Positions 55,769-64,000 of a stretch of 64,000 bases of DNA are shown here, one piece after another. Both the position numbers and the translations under genes were made by a program. The notes below the pieces were generated by a model, which worked only from the letters and a program-made list of their open reading frames with translations, did no database searches and had not been told where the DNA came from. Source of the stretch: Spirochaetales bacterium (GTDB lineage Bacteria; Spirochaetota; Spirochaetia; JABEVK01); the NCBI GenBank assembly GCA_037142615.1, contig JBAXAI010000018.1:1-64000 (forward strand), given 5' to 3'. Position 1 is the first letter of the stretch. Each line of letters begins with the position of its first letter.

Positions 55769-57067
55769 TCAGAGTCCCGCGAGGGTGTCGGCCGCCTGGA
55801 AGACCGCCGCGTAAAGGGCCTTGAGATCACGGTTGTCGACCGACGAATAGGCGAGCCGGAGGTACTTCTCTTGCAGCGAGATGGTGCCGATGCCCTCGGT
55901 TTTGAGCAGGTACTTTCGCAGGTCCTCGCTCGAGCCCCGGGTGAGCTCGAAGGTCATGAAGTACCCTGAGTTGAAGGGAAGGGCCTTCAGTGTCTTGCCG
56001 TTTTCCCGGGTCTCGAGAATCTTCTTGACGGTTTTGAAGCGTTCTTCGAGGACCTTGGCGTATTTGGTTTTGATGCCGTGGTAGACGAGGCTGGAAAGTT
56101 CCTTGTACAGCAGCGTTTGTCCGACCCGGCTTGAGCTCGAAATCGTGGTGCGGATGGCCCCCAGCACCTTCTGGTTGAGCGCGTCGAAATGACTCTCGCG
56201 CAGACCGAAGGCCCCGAAGGTGAGGAACCCGACACGGAAGCCCCACACGTAGTCTTCTTTGGTGGCACCATCGACCTTGACGGCCAAAAGGTTCTCGTGG
56301 GCATTGTGCAGCAGGGTGAACATCGACTGTCGGTAGATGTCTTCCTCGTAGTACAGGCCGAAGTACGCGTCGTCGCACAAAACCACCAGATTCAAACCGC
56401 CCGAGGCCAGGGTGACCAGCTTGGCGGCGAGATCTTCGGCCTCGGCCTTGCTCGGTGAGTACCCCGTCGGGTTGTGCGGAAAGTTCAAAAGGAGCACGGC
56501 CTTGTGGTTGCGGGCGTTGTCCCTCAGGGTTGTGATGATGCCATCGACGTTGAGACCGCCGTGGGCCGTGAAGACCGGATGCGTAAAACAGTGGGCCTGG
56601 TTGCGCGTTTCGAAAATCAGCGGGTAGTTGTCCCAGCAAAGTTCCGAGAAGACCACGGTGTCTTCCTCGTCGATGAACAGGTCGGCCGCCATCGAGATGC
56701 CGGCGGTGATGCCAGGCACCACGGCGGGGAGTGAGACCTTGCTGTCGAGGATGCCAGGGTTCTTGCGGAGCATCTCTTCCTTCCACAGCACGCGCAGGCG
56801 ATTGTCGCCGCCAGGGGGCGCGTAGTCGATGGCCTCGGAAGGCGACAGGCGAGGCAGATTGTCTTGGATGGTGGGCAGGATCATCGGCTCGCCGTCGGAA
56901 AGCGCGATCCCCACGGTGGCGTTGAAGGTGGTGGCGGATTTTTTGGCCTCGGTCGATTGGGCCACGATGCCTTTGGGGAAGTAAATCCTTTTCCCAAAAC
57001 GTGAAAGAGTTCGGTCGACGACGGTGCCCGCGAGTTGGGCGTTGAGTTCCACAGCGATCGGGTGCAT
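55769..57067 (-). CDS. PLP-dependent aminotransferase class I/II
   Basis: NATVG, WDNY, NFPHNPTGY, DDAY, KVDGATKE..WGFRVG, NSGYF. Confidence 0.9.
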   Translation of the reverse strand: MHPIAVELNAQLAGTVVDRTLSRFGKRIYFPKGIVAQSTEAKKSATTFNATVGIALSDGEPMILPTIQDNLPRLSPSEAIDYAPPGGDNRLRVLWKEEMLRKNPGILDSKVSLPAVVPGITAGISMAADLFIDEEDTVVFSELCWDNYPLIFETRNQAHCFTHPVFTAHGGLNVDGIITTLRDNARNHKAVLLLNFPHNPTGYSPSKAEAEDLAAKLVTLASGGLNLVVLCDDAYFGLYYEEDIYRQSMFTLLHNAHENLLAVKVDGATKEDYVWGFRVGFLTFGAFGLRESHFDALNQKVLGAIRTTISSSSRVGQTLLYKELSSLVYHGIKTKYAKVLEERFKTVKKILETRENGKTLKALPFNSGYFMTFELTRGSSEDLRKYLLKTEGIGTISLQEKYLRLAYSSVDNRDLKALYAAVFQAADTLAGL

Positions 57068-57147
57068 CGCAACAGACTGACGGTTTCGACTTGTTGTGTC
57101 AATTGACAGGAGCACAGGCGTTCATCATACTCCCCTGAGAGGAATTC

Positions 57148-58740
57148 ATGGCCAAAACACCGTCCAAACCGACGTCTAGCAGCTCAAAAGGGGCTGTGGC
57201 CTCAGATCAACCTGCCAGCCTCCTCAACCGGATTTTGGCTCTGCTCGGCGTCGAGCCTGACCCGGACCGCGAGCGGAAAACCCTGCTCAAGGAACTGAAG
57301 CTTACGCTCAAGAAAGCCAAGGGAAAGTTTTTTCAGCCCAACGGTGACCTCGTGGATACCGGGCTCGCCAGAGCCGTCCATGAAATGTACGCCGTCGTCG
57401 GGCCCGCCAACACGCTTTTGCAGAATGCCGCGAGTTCCAACGCGCTCAAGGCCATTTTCATCGAGCAAGTACTGAGCGAGGCCCAGCGCAATCTGCAGAC
57501 CCAACTCAACGAAGAGCACATTCGCAGCGTCGCGCCGACGATGCCGGTCGATCAGTTGGTCTCGATGTTCAAAGAGATGCTGGCTGAGTTCTCGAGTGCG
57601 CTCGAGGCCGAAATGCAGCGCAAGATCGACACCCAGTACAACCTCTTCCTGATCTTTGTCGATTTTATTAGTTTCAACTATTATTTCATGCTCAAAAAGT
57701 TCGATTCGAGCCTTCCCGAGGGCGACTTCAGCTACCTGCCCCGTTTTGAAGCCATCAACGGAGAGTACGTGCTCGACGACCTCAAGGACTTCTTGACGGC
57801 CATCGCTGCGGTCAATCCTGCAGCCGAGTGGGACGCTCTGTTCGATGTTCTGAAGTCCTACAAGGGCATGGACGTGGTTTCGCGCGCCAACTGGAAGAAG
57901 ATGATGGCCAACTTCGTCACCCTGAAGAAGTCGGGGATTCTGCTGCAACTTACCCAGTACCTTGGCGGTGACCCCTATTATAAGGTGAAGGCTTACGTAC
58001 CGAGCGAACGCATCGTGGACCCCTACTTGAGCCATATCCGCAGCCAGGTCGAGTCGGTGTTGCAAAAGATCAGCCAGGAGAAGCGCAACGACAAGCTCAC
58101 GGGGCTGGTTCAGCAGGTGTTCAATACCACCGGCATCAGCCGCACCAAGAACTACACCGAAAAGGCCAATCTCGGCTTTCAGAAGAAGCGCGTGCCCGGG
58201 TACTCGCTGGTCGAACCCGTGAATTATCTGAAGGCCTTCATGCTCGACTACTACAAGCGCGACATCCGCGAGCTGGTGAACCTGCTGCTGGTAAAGGGCC
58301 AATGGGTGAGCAATGCCCTGGCCCAGCCCATGTCGGACTCGTTTTACCACCTGATGGAACTGTCGGACCAGCTGACCGCTTTTGACGATGGGTTGGGCGA
58401 TGACGCCGAACGGGGCAAAAAAATCAGCGTGCTGCTCGCCCGGGCCGACAAAGATCCGAACGCCGCGACGTCGCTGAAAGTGCAGGTGAAGGAAGTGAAT
58501 GCCACGGCGAGGACCCTCATCGTGGAAAGTGCCACCCACCTGATTGTGATTGGCAAGCACCTCAAGATGGCCATCGATGACTATGCGAAGCCCAAGCCGG
58601 AGTTGGTGCTCAACTGGAAGCAGATCGAAGGCGGCACGCAGAACATCTTGCGGGATTGGCTGCCCACCACCTATAAACTCATCTACAACTTCGTTCAGCT
58701 GATGCAGTTCTTCGTCAAGGAACAAGCGCCCAAGGAATAG
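57148..58740 (+). CDS. DUF5312-like spirochaete helical protein
   Basis: 530 aa, all-alpha; FNYYFMLKKFDS, YLKAF, LLVKGQW, LVLNWK; family recalled, not searched. Confidence 0.55.
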   Translation: MAKTPSKPTSSSSKGAVASDQPASLLNRILALLGVEPDPDRERKTLLKELKLTLKKAKGKFFQPNGDLVDTGLARAVHEMYAVVGPANTLLQNAASSNALKAIFIEQVLSEAQRNLQTQLNEEHIRSVAPTMPVDQLVSMFKEMLAEFSSALEAEMQRKIDTQYNLFLIFVDFISFNYYFMLKKFDSSLPEGDFSYLPRFEAINGEYVLDDLKDFLTAIAAVNPAAEWDALFDVLKSYKGMDVVSRANWKKMMANFVTLKKSGILLQLTQYLGGDPYYKVKAYVPSERIVDPYLSHIRSQVESVLQKISQEKRNDKLTGLVQQVFNTTGISRTKNYTEKANLGFQKKRVPGYSLVEPVNYLKAFMLDYYKRDIRELVNLLLVKGQWVSNALAQPMSDSFYHLMELSDQLTAFDDGLGDDAERGKKISVLLARADKDPNAATSLKVQVKEVNATARTLIVESATHLIVIGKHLKMAIDDYAKPKPELVLNWKQIEGGTQNILRDWLPTTYKLIYNFVQLMQFFVKEQAPKE

Positions 58741-58746
58741 ACCACC

Positions 58747-59967
58747 ATGTCCATTCTCTTCATCGGGAGCGGTCCACACAATCTGACCGCGTTGACCTTC
58801 CTTTTGCAAGGACGCCCTGAACTCAAGGGCGAGGTGCGTGTGCTCGACCCTTCCGGAGCGTGGCTCAAGCGGTGGAACGCTCAGATGCGGGCCCAGGAAA
58901 TCGTTCACTTGCGTTCGAGTTCGGTGCACCATCCTGACCCAGATCCACTCGCTCTGCGACGTTTTGCCAAGGGGCGCTACGACGAGTTCTACCCACCATA
59001 TTTTTTGCCAGGCACCGAGTTGTTCGGGCAGTTCTGTGCCGATGTGATCGACCGGTTTGACGTTGGTTCACTGCCGGAAGAGGCCCGGGTGTTGCGCTTG
59101 GAAGCTCGTGAGGGGCGGTTGACGGCTCACTTGTCCGGGACCGAGGATTGCGCGCAGGGAGTGCTGAGTCCCCGCCACGTGGTTGTTTCGTTGGGCGGAG
59201 GGGAACGCAGGTACCCGGAGTTCTACCAGAAGTGGCTGGAAGGTTCGGGTGCTTTCCGCCTCGCTGGCGAGACGCCGCCCTTGCTTCACTCCGAAGAGGT
59301 CGACTTGACGGAACTCGGGGAGGGCGTGGGAAGAACTGTCCTCATCGTGGGAGCCGGACTCACCGCTGGCCACCTTGCCCTCGGGGCCCTGAAACGCGGC
59401 TGGAAGGTGGCCCTGCTCGCCCGCCGACGGATCACGTACAAGCTCTTTGATTCGGCCCCCGGCTGGATTGGCCCCAAACACCTGGCGGGTTTTCTGCGCG
59501 AAAAGCGGTGGGAACGGCGTCGCCGGATGATTGCCAAGGCCCGCGGCGGGGGAGCGATGACCGAAGAGCTAAGGCAACAGTTGGCGCCCTTTCTCGCGGG
59601 TGGGCAACTCAAGCTGAAGCCAAGGTGCGAAGTTCGTTCGCTCAGCGTGGTGGACGACCGGTGGAGGGCCGACTGCGGCTGGGGCAGGTTTCTGTTGGCC
59701 GACCAAGTCTGGATGTGTACCGGCAGCAAGCTTGATCTGAAGACGCATCCGCTGTTCCGAGATTTGTGGAAGACCCACCCGCTGCAGCTGTACGATGGGT
59801 TGCCCGTGCTCGACTCGGGCTGCCGCTGGCCCGGATTGCCGCTGTACCTGTTGGGCCTGCCTGCGGGACTTTCGGTGGGGCCCACCGCGCGAAACTTTCC
59901 CGGCGCCCGCAAAGCGGCCAGTTTGGTGGCTGAGGCCATCGGCGGCGTCCGCGTGGGTCCGACATGA
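58747..59967 (+). CDS. FAD/NAD(P)-dependent oxidoreductase (lysine N6-monooxygenase-like fold)
   Basis: IGSGPH, HLRS..VHHPDP, IVGAGLTAGH, CTG, GPTARN..GAR. Confidence 0.75.
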   Translation: MSILFIGSGPHNLTALTFLLQGRPELKGEVRVLDPSGAWLKRWNAQMRAQEIVHLRSSSVHHPDPDPLALRRFAKGRYDEFYPPYFLPGTELFGQFCADVIDRFDVGSLPEEARVLRLEAREGRLTAHLSGTEDCAQGVLSPRHVVVSLGGGERRYPEFYQKWLEGSGAFRLAGETPPLLHSEEVDLTELGEGVGRTVLIVGAGLTAGHLALGALKRGWKVALLARRRITYKLFDSAPGWIGPKHLAGFLREKRWERRRRMIAKARGGGAMTEELRQQLAPFLAGGQLKLKPRCEVRSLSVVDDRWRADCGWGRFLLADQVWMCTGSKLDLKTHPLFRDLWKTHPLQLYDGLPVLDSGCRWPGLPLYLLGLPAGLSVGPTARNFPGARKAASLVAEAIGGVRVGPT

Positions 59968-60992
59968 AGCCTCCGTTGCCGCGTCCGGGCGCGACCCTGG
60001 CCTTGCTGAGTCCCTCGTGGGGTGGGCCTGCAGCCTATCCAGCCGTGTTCGAGGCCGGGAAGACCCTGCTGTCGCAAGCGTTTGGCTTTCGGCTCAAGGA
60101 GTTTCCCACCACCCGCTGGACCGCTGCCGAGCTCGACCGCGACCCTCGGGCTCGCGCTGCCGACTTCAACGCCGCGTTTGCCGACCCGGAAGTCGAGGGG
60201 ATCATCGCCTCGATCGGAGGGAGCGACGCGGTGCGTCTGTTGCCCTACCTTGACGCCGACCTGGTGCGCCGACACCCCAAGATGGTCCTCGGGTACTCCG
60301 ACGCCACAGCCTATTTGACTTGGCTCAGTCTCAACGGCGTTTGCAGCTACTATGGCAACACAGTGATGTCCGGCTGGCCACAGATGGCCAGCTTCCCACC
60401 GGCCATGGACTGGCACCGGGCCTTTTTTGCCGGCGAACTCCCGCCCTTGGAGCCTTTTCCGCTCTGGACCAACGGTTACCGCGACTGGAACACCAGTTCG
60501 CGCGAGATTCTGGAGCCACAGGCCAACCCGGGCTTCACCTGGCTCGGTGGCAAAGCGGTGACCCGGGGCCGGTTGTGGGGCGGCTGCTTCGAAGTCCTCG
60601 AAATGCTCAAAGGCACGCGCTGGTGGCCCGGGCCGGACTTCTGGAACCAGCGGGTTCTGTTTCTTGAGACCAGCGAGGAGAAGCCGCTTCCCCGGCAGGT
60701 GATGTACTGGCTGAGGAACTACGGCGCGATGGGCGTCTTTTCGAGCTTGTCGGCGCTGTGGGTGGGGCGGCCCAAGGACTACACCGAGGCCGAACGGGCC
60801 GAACTCCTGCGGGTTGTCGCGGGAGTCGTCGGTGAGGAATGGGGCGCGACCGAGTTGCCCCTCGTGATGGACCTCGACTTCGGCCACACCGATCCCCGGT
60901 GGGTCCTCCCACTCGGCATCGAGGTCGAGACGGACCCGGTGGCGAAGAGGCTTCGGTTCACGGAGCCGTTGTTCGCCGATCCACGTCCATGA
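59964..60992 (+). CDS. S66 family peptidase (LdcA/MccF-like)
   Basis: IGG.D, GYSD (Ser), FLE (Glu), FGHT (His). Confidence 0.9.
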   Translation: MKPPLPRPGATLALLSPSWGGPAAYPAVFEAGKTLLSQAFGFRLKEFPTTRWTAAELDRDPRARAADFNAAFADPEVEGIIASIGGSDAVRLLPYLDADLVRRHPKMVLGYSDATAYLTWLSLNGVCSYYGNTVMSGWPQMASFPPAMDWHRAFFAGELPPLEPFPLWTNGYRDWNTSSREILEPQANPGFTWLGGKAVTRGRLWGGCFEVLEMLKGTRWWPGPDFWNQRVLFLETSEEKPLPRQVMYWLRNYGAMGVFSSLSALWVGRPKDYTEAERAELLRVVAGVVGEEWGATELPLVMDLDFGHTDPRWVLPLGIEVETDPVAKRLRFTEPLFADPRP

Positions 60993-62289
60993 TGGCGTAG
61001 ACCAGCGCTTCGACCCCCGCCAGCGCGTGCGTTCCCGAGGCCAGCGTGAGCGCTCTCACCGGGGCCCGAGGATCGGCCGCGAGCATAGCGGCCAGCGAGG
61101 CCTTGGCATTTTCGGGCGACACCAGCAAATCGGCCGGCGACGCAGCCAGGGTGACCCGGACCGACGTGGGAGCTACCCAGGTATCGAGCCTGGCTTCTTG
61201 CTGAAGGCGGTAGTACGGCAACGACATCGGGTCGGTGCCGAGCTTTTGCAGGTAATCGGCCCGGAACACATCGGCCGACGCAACGGTTCCGACAGGCTTG
61301 CCGACGAGCTTGGTCACCGCGGCCTGCACTTGCTCGCGCGAATGTTCGCCGTCGAGCAGGGGCACGATGTTCTGAACGATCTCGGGGCGGAAAATCTCTT
61401 CAGGACGCACCAGGTCGGGGTAGGCCCTGGCCCAGCCCAACGCCAGCAGAAGGGTGTAGTGCGGATGGGTCAGAACTTGCTTTCCGCTGGCCACGTTTTC
61501 GACCCCCAGAGTCAGGTTCAGCGGCGCACCCAGCGGGTAGGCGTCGGTCAGCGTCAGGCCGGGAGTCGCCGCGGGGTTTTCGCTCCAGGCCTTCAGCGTC
61601 GCCATGGTGGCCAGCCCGCCTTCGGAGTAACCCAGAACCCGAAGCCGGCCCGACTCGGTGTCGCCGGTGTTCTGCTTCACCCAGGCGCGCGCGGCCTCGA
61701 GTCCGTCGAGCGACGATGCGGCCAAACTGGGCGTCAGGCAATAGTGCTGTTGCCCGGGGCTGTCGCCGACGCCACCGTAGTCGGGCATCCAGACCGCGTG
61801 GTTCAAACTGGCCAACAGCCAGCCCAGTTCGATTTCGTCGTTGGCCAGCCGCGAGGGCTGGGTTGCACGCTGCAACTCGCTGCCCCGGTCGTAAATGACC
61901 CAATCCAGCGGCGTTGGGCCGGAACTCGGCGTGGGCAACAACAGAAGTCCCGACTGCAGATCAGGCTCACCCTGGGGCGTCAAGGCCACAAAACGGAGCC
62001 GAACCGCCCGCACCGGCACGCGGTTGTTGAGCCGGGAATCGCGCCAGGCGTCGAGGCCCTCGGCGGCCAGCATCGAGGTGTTGATCTGCAAGCCGAGGGT
62101 CCAGCTGCTCAGCAGGTTGAGCAGTTGCCCCGCCTCTGGGCCCGAGCGTCGTTCGAGGTCTGTCCCCTCGAGCAGCGTTCCGGGGACGGCTTGGGCGGGG
62201 AGGGCAGGCGGTGGGGTCCAGGGGACTTTGTTCATCGTGACGCACGAGGCGAGAAGCAGGGGAGCGAGCAGAATCGGCAGGGTCTTCAT
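60958..62289 (-). CDS. Alpha/beta-hydrolase lipoprotein (secretory lipase-like)
   Basis: LLASC lipobox; SGLLLLP, PDY.G.G, GYSEGG, C-terminal Asp/His. Confidence 0.8.
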   Translation of the reverse strand: MKTLPILLAPLLLASCVTMNKVPWTPPPALPAQAVPGTLLEGTDLERRSGPEAGQLLNLLSSWTLGLQINTSMLAAEGLDAWRDSRLNNRVPVRAVRLRFVALTPQGEPDLQSGLLLLPTPSSGPTPLDWVIYDRGSELQRATQPSRLANDEIELGWLLASLNHAVWMPDYGGVGDSPGQQHYCLTPSLAASSLDGLEAARAWVKQNTGDTESGRLRVLGYSEGGLATMATLKAWSENPAATPGLTLTDAYPLGAPLNLTLGVENVASGKQVLTHPHYTLLLALGWARAYPDLVRPEEIFRPEIVQNIVPLLDGEHSREQVQAAVTKLVGKPVGTVASADVFRADYLQKLGTDPMSLPYYRLQQEARLDTWVAPTSVRVTLAASPADLLVSPENAKASLAAMLAADPRAPVRALTLASGTHALAGVEALVYAIMDVDRRTTAP

Positions 62290-62328
62290 GTTTCCTAATT
62301 TACCCGAAATCCGCTACACTCGGCCATC

Positions 62329-63708
62329 ATGCAGGATTTGAAATACGACACGGACGACCGCATTGTCGCCTTGGCAACCCCTTGGGCTCCCTCAGCCCTT
62401 GCCGTCATCCGCGTTTCCGGACCCGGCTGCATTGAGGCTGTGGCGACCTGTTTTTCGCGTCCGGCGAAGCTGACTTCGGCCCCCGGCAACTCCGTGGTTT
62501 TGGGGAACTTGATCGACAGCCGCGGGCAAGTCCTCGACGAGGTGCTGGCCACCGTGTTCCGAGCCCCGCGAAGTTACACCGGTCAGGACAGCGTGGAACT
62601 CAGCTGCCACGGCAGCCTTCCGGGGTTGGCGCGCATAGTGGCCGCGTTGACGGGCGAGGGCGGGGCAAAAGGCCCCTTCCGACCCGCGGGTCCGGGCGAG
62701 TTCACCCTGCGGGCGTTTTTGAACGGCAAGCTCGACCTGACGCGGGCCGAGGCTGTGCAAGAACTCGTGGCGGCGAGGACGCAAACGGCGCAAACCCTGG
62801 CCCTGCATCGACTTTCGGGCTCGGTGGAGGGGCGGATCCGGGAACTGACCCGGCGGTTGCTCGACCTGACCGCCCTTTTGAACATCCAGCTGGACTACGC
62901 CGAAGACGACGTGGAAACCACGCCCGTTCCGTTTGCCCTGCTCGACGCGGTCAAGGCCGAACTGGTGAACTTGGCGGCGACGTTCCGCACAGGCCAGGTG
63001 TATCAGGAAGGCATCCGCCTCGTGCTGGCCGGCCGCACCAACGCGGGCAAATCGAGCCTGTTCAACCTTTTCTTGAAAGAAGACCGCTCCATCGTGAGCG
63101 ACGAGCATGGCACCACGCGCGACTGGCTGGAAAGCTGGGTGAGCTTGGGTGGCATACCGGTGCGCCTGTTCGACACCGCCGGCCTGCGGGAGTCCGACAG
63201 CGCGGTGGAGCGCGAAGGCATCCGCCGTACCCGCGAGATTCTCGACGCCGCCGACGTGATTTTGTACCTGATTGCCGGTGACGTCGGGCCCGACGCCGAG
63301 GACCTGGCCTTCCTGCGTGAGGCCCAGGACGGGCGCCTGTTGGTGGTGTTCACCAAGGCGGACCTCGCGACCCTGGGATCAGACTTGGGCCTGCCTTCGC
63401 TGGCGCTCTCGAGCAAAACCGGCGAAGGCTTCGATGCCCTGGAAGACGCGGTGAAGGCCTTGGTCCCGGGCGCCAACAGGGTGGGCAGCGACGAACCGGT
63501 GATCGATTCGCTGCGCCAAAAGAACCTGCTGGACCGCGCCATCGCCGCGCTCGACCAAGTGAAAACAGGGACAGACCTCGGGGTGCCCCTCGACTTGATT
63601 GCCCTCGACGTCAAGGACGCGCTCGATGCTTTGGGTGAGATCACGGGCGAAGTGACCACCGCCGACGTTCTCGACCACATGTTCAGCCGCTTTTGCGTGG
63701 GAAAATAG
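62329..63708 (+). CDS. mnmE: tRNA modification GTPase MnmE
   Basis: IVALATP, SYTG.D.VE..CHG, GEFTLRAFLNGK, GRTNAGKSSL, GTTRD, DTAG, FCVGK. Confidence 0.96.
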   Translation: MQDLKYDTDDRIVALATPWAPSALAVIRVSGPGCIEAVATCFSRPAKLTSAPGNSVVLGNLIDSRGQVLDEVLATVFRAPRSYTGQDSVELSCHGSLPGLARIVAALTGEGGAKGPFRPAGPGEFTLRAFLNGKLDLTRAEAVQELVAARTQTAQTLALHRLSGSVEGRIRELTRRLLDLTALLNIQLDYAEDDVETTPVPFALLDAVKAELVNLAATFRTGQVYQEGIRLVLAGRTNAGKSSLFNLFLKEDRSIVSDEHGTTRDWLESWVSLGGIPVRLFDTAGLRESDSAVEREGIRRTREILDAADVILYLIAGDVGPDAEDLAFLREAQDGRLLVVFTKADLATLGSDLGLPSLALSSKTGEGFDALEDAVKALVPGANRVGSDEPVIDSLRQKNLLDRAIAALDQVKTGTDLGVPLDLIALDVKDALDALGEITGEVTTADVLDHMFSRFCVGK

Positions 63709-63716
63709 GAGTTGCC

Positions 63717-64000
63717 ATGAAGAAACTTTCGGGCGCGGATGGCTTGCGGGCGCTGGCCTGCTTGATGGTGATCGCCCACCACCTGGGCCAGCGGCTGAAC
63801 TTTCAGCACCCCGGCGACGACTGGGCCTTTTGGGGCGGCATGGTCCAGACGGGAGCAGCCGGGGTGGCGGTCTTTTTTGTGCTCAGCGGCTTTTTGCTTT
63901 CGGCACCCTTCTGGCGGGCCTACGCCACGGGCGCCGCGCTGCCGAGTTTGCGCCAATACACCGTTCGCCGGGCGGGCCGAATCATGCCGGCGTTCTACGT
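63717..64000 (+). CDS. Acyltransferase family 3 (OafA-like), truncated by the window end
   Basis: MKKLSGADGLRALACLMVIAHH...GVAVFFVLSGFLL...RRAGRIMPAFY. Confidence 0.85.
   Translation, partial: MKKLSGADGLRALACLMVIAHHLGQRLNFQHPGDDWAFWGGMVQTGAAGVAVFFVLSGFLLSAPFWRAYATGAALPSLRQYTVRRAGRIMPAFY

Noticed and set aside
8536-58932. Long antisense ORFs (e.g. 8536-9648, 14321-15964, 29860-31392, 37012-38127, 53263-54456, 57202-58932)
   Set aside because: Shadows of strongly codon-biased, GC-rich genes on the opposite strand; no motifs or start signals

Overview
A gene-dense, GC-rich bacterial chromosomal segment, most likely from a spirochaete (Spirochaetales). The indicators are a PilZN3-type protein, a DUF5312-like protein, a BB0323/LipL71-like LysM lipoprotein, a stand-alone EF-G1-type fusA, L28 with a Gly/Lys-rich insert, and many lipoproteins. 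It holds about 52 mostly housekeeping or envelope CDSs (galU, alr, livKHMGF, fusA, carD, DAHP synthase, uppS, glmS, glnA type III, rlmI, rpmB, mnmE), two tRNAs (Asp-GTC, Arg-CCT), several intrinsic terminators and a clear sigma-54 promoter before glnA. No integrase, transposase, CRISPR array, reverse transcriptase or prophage is visible. The most interesting area is 27.1-34.3 kb. There a catalytically eroded GH31 lipoprotein is divergent from a two-gene unit made of a small unknown helical protein and a glmS with altered sugar-site motifs, with a palindrome-rich intergenic region between them. The last 26 bp of glmS are duplicated in frame around a small hairpin, followed by two coupled paralogous 2-TM adenylate cyclases. 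Across the window, about 15 genes have a -10 box 5-8 nt before the ATG (apparent leaderless mRNAs), and alr appears to start at a non-canonical ATC. All family assignments come from motif recognition by eye; no searches were run.
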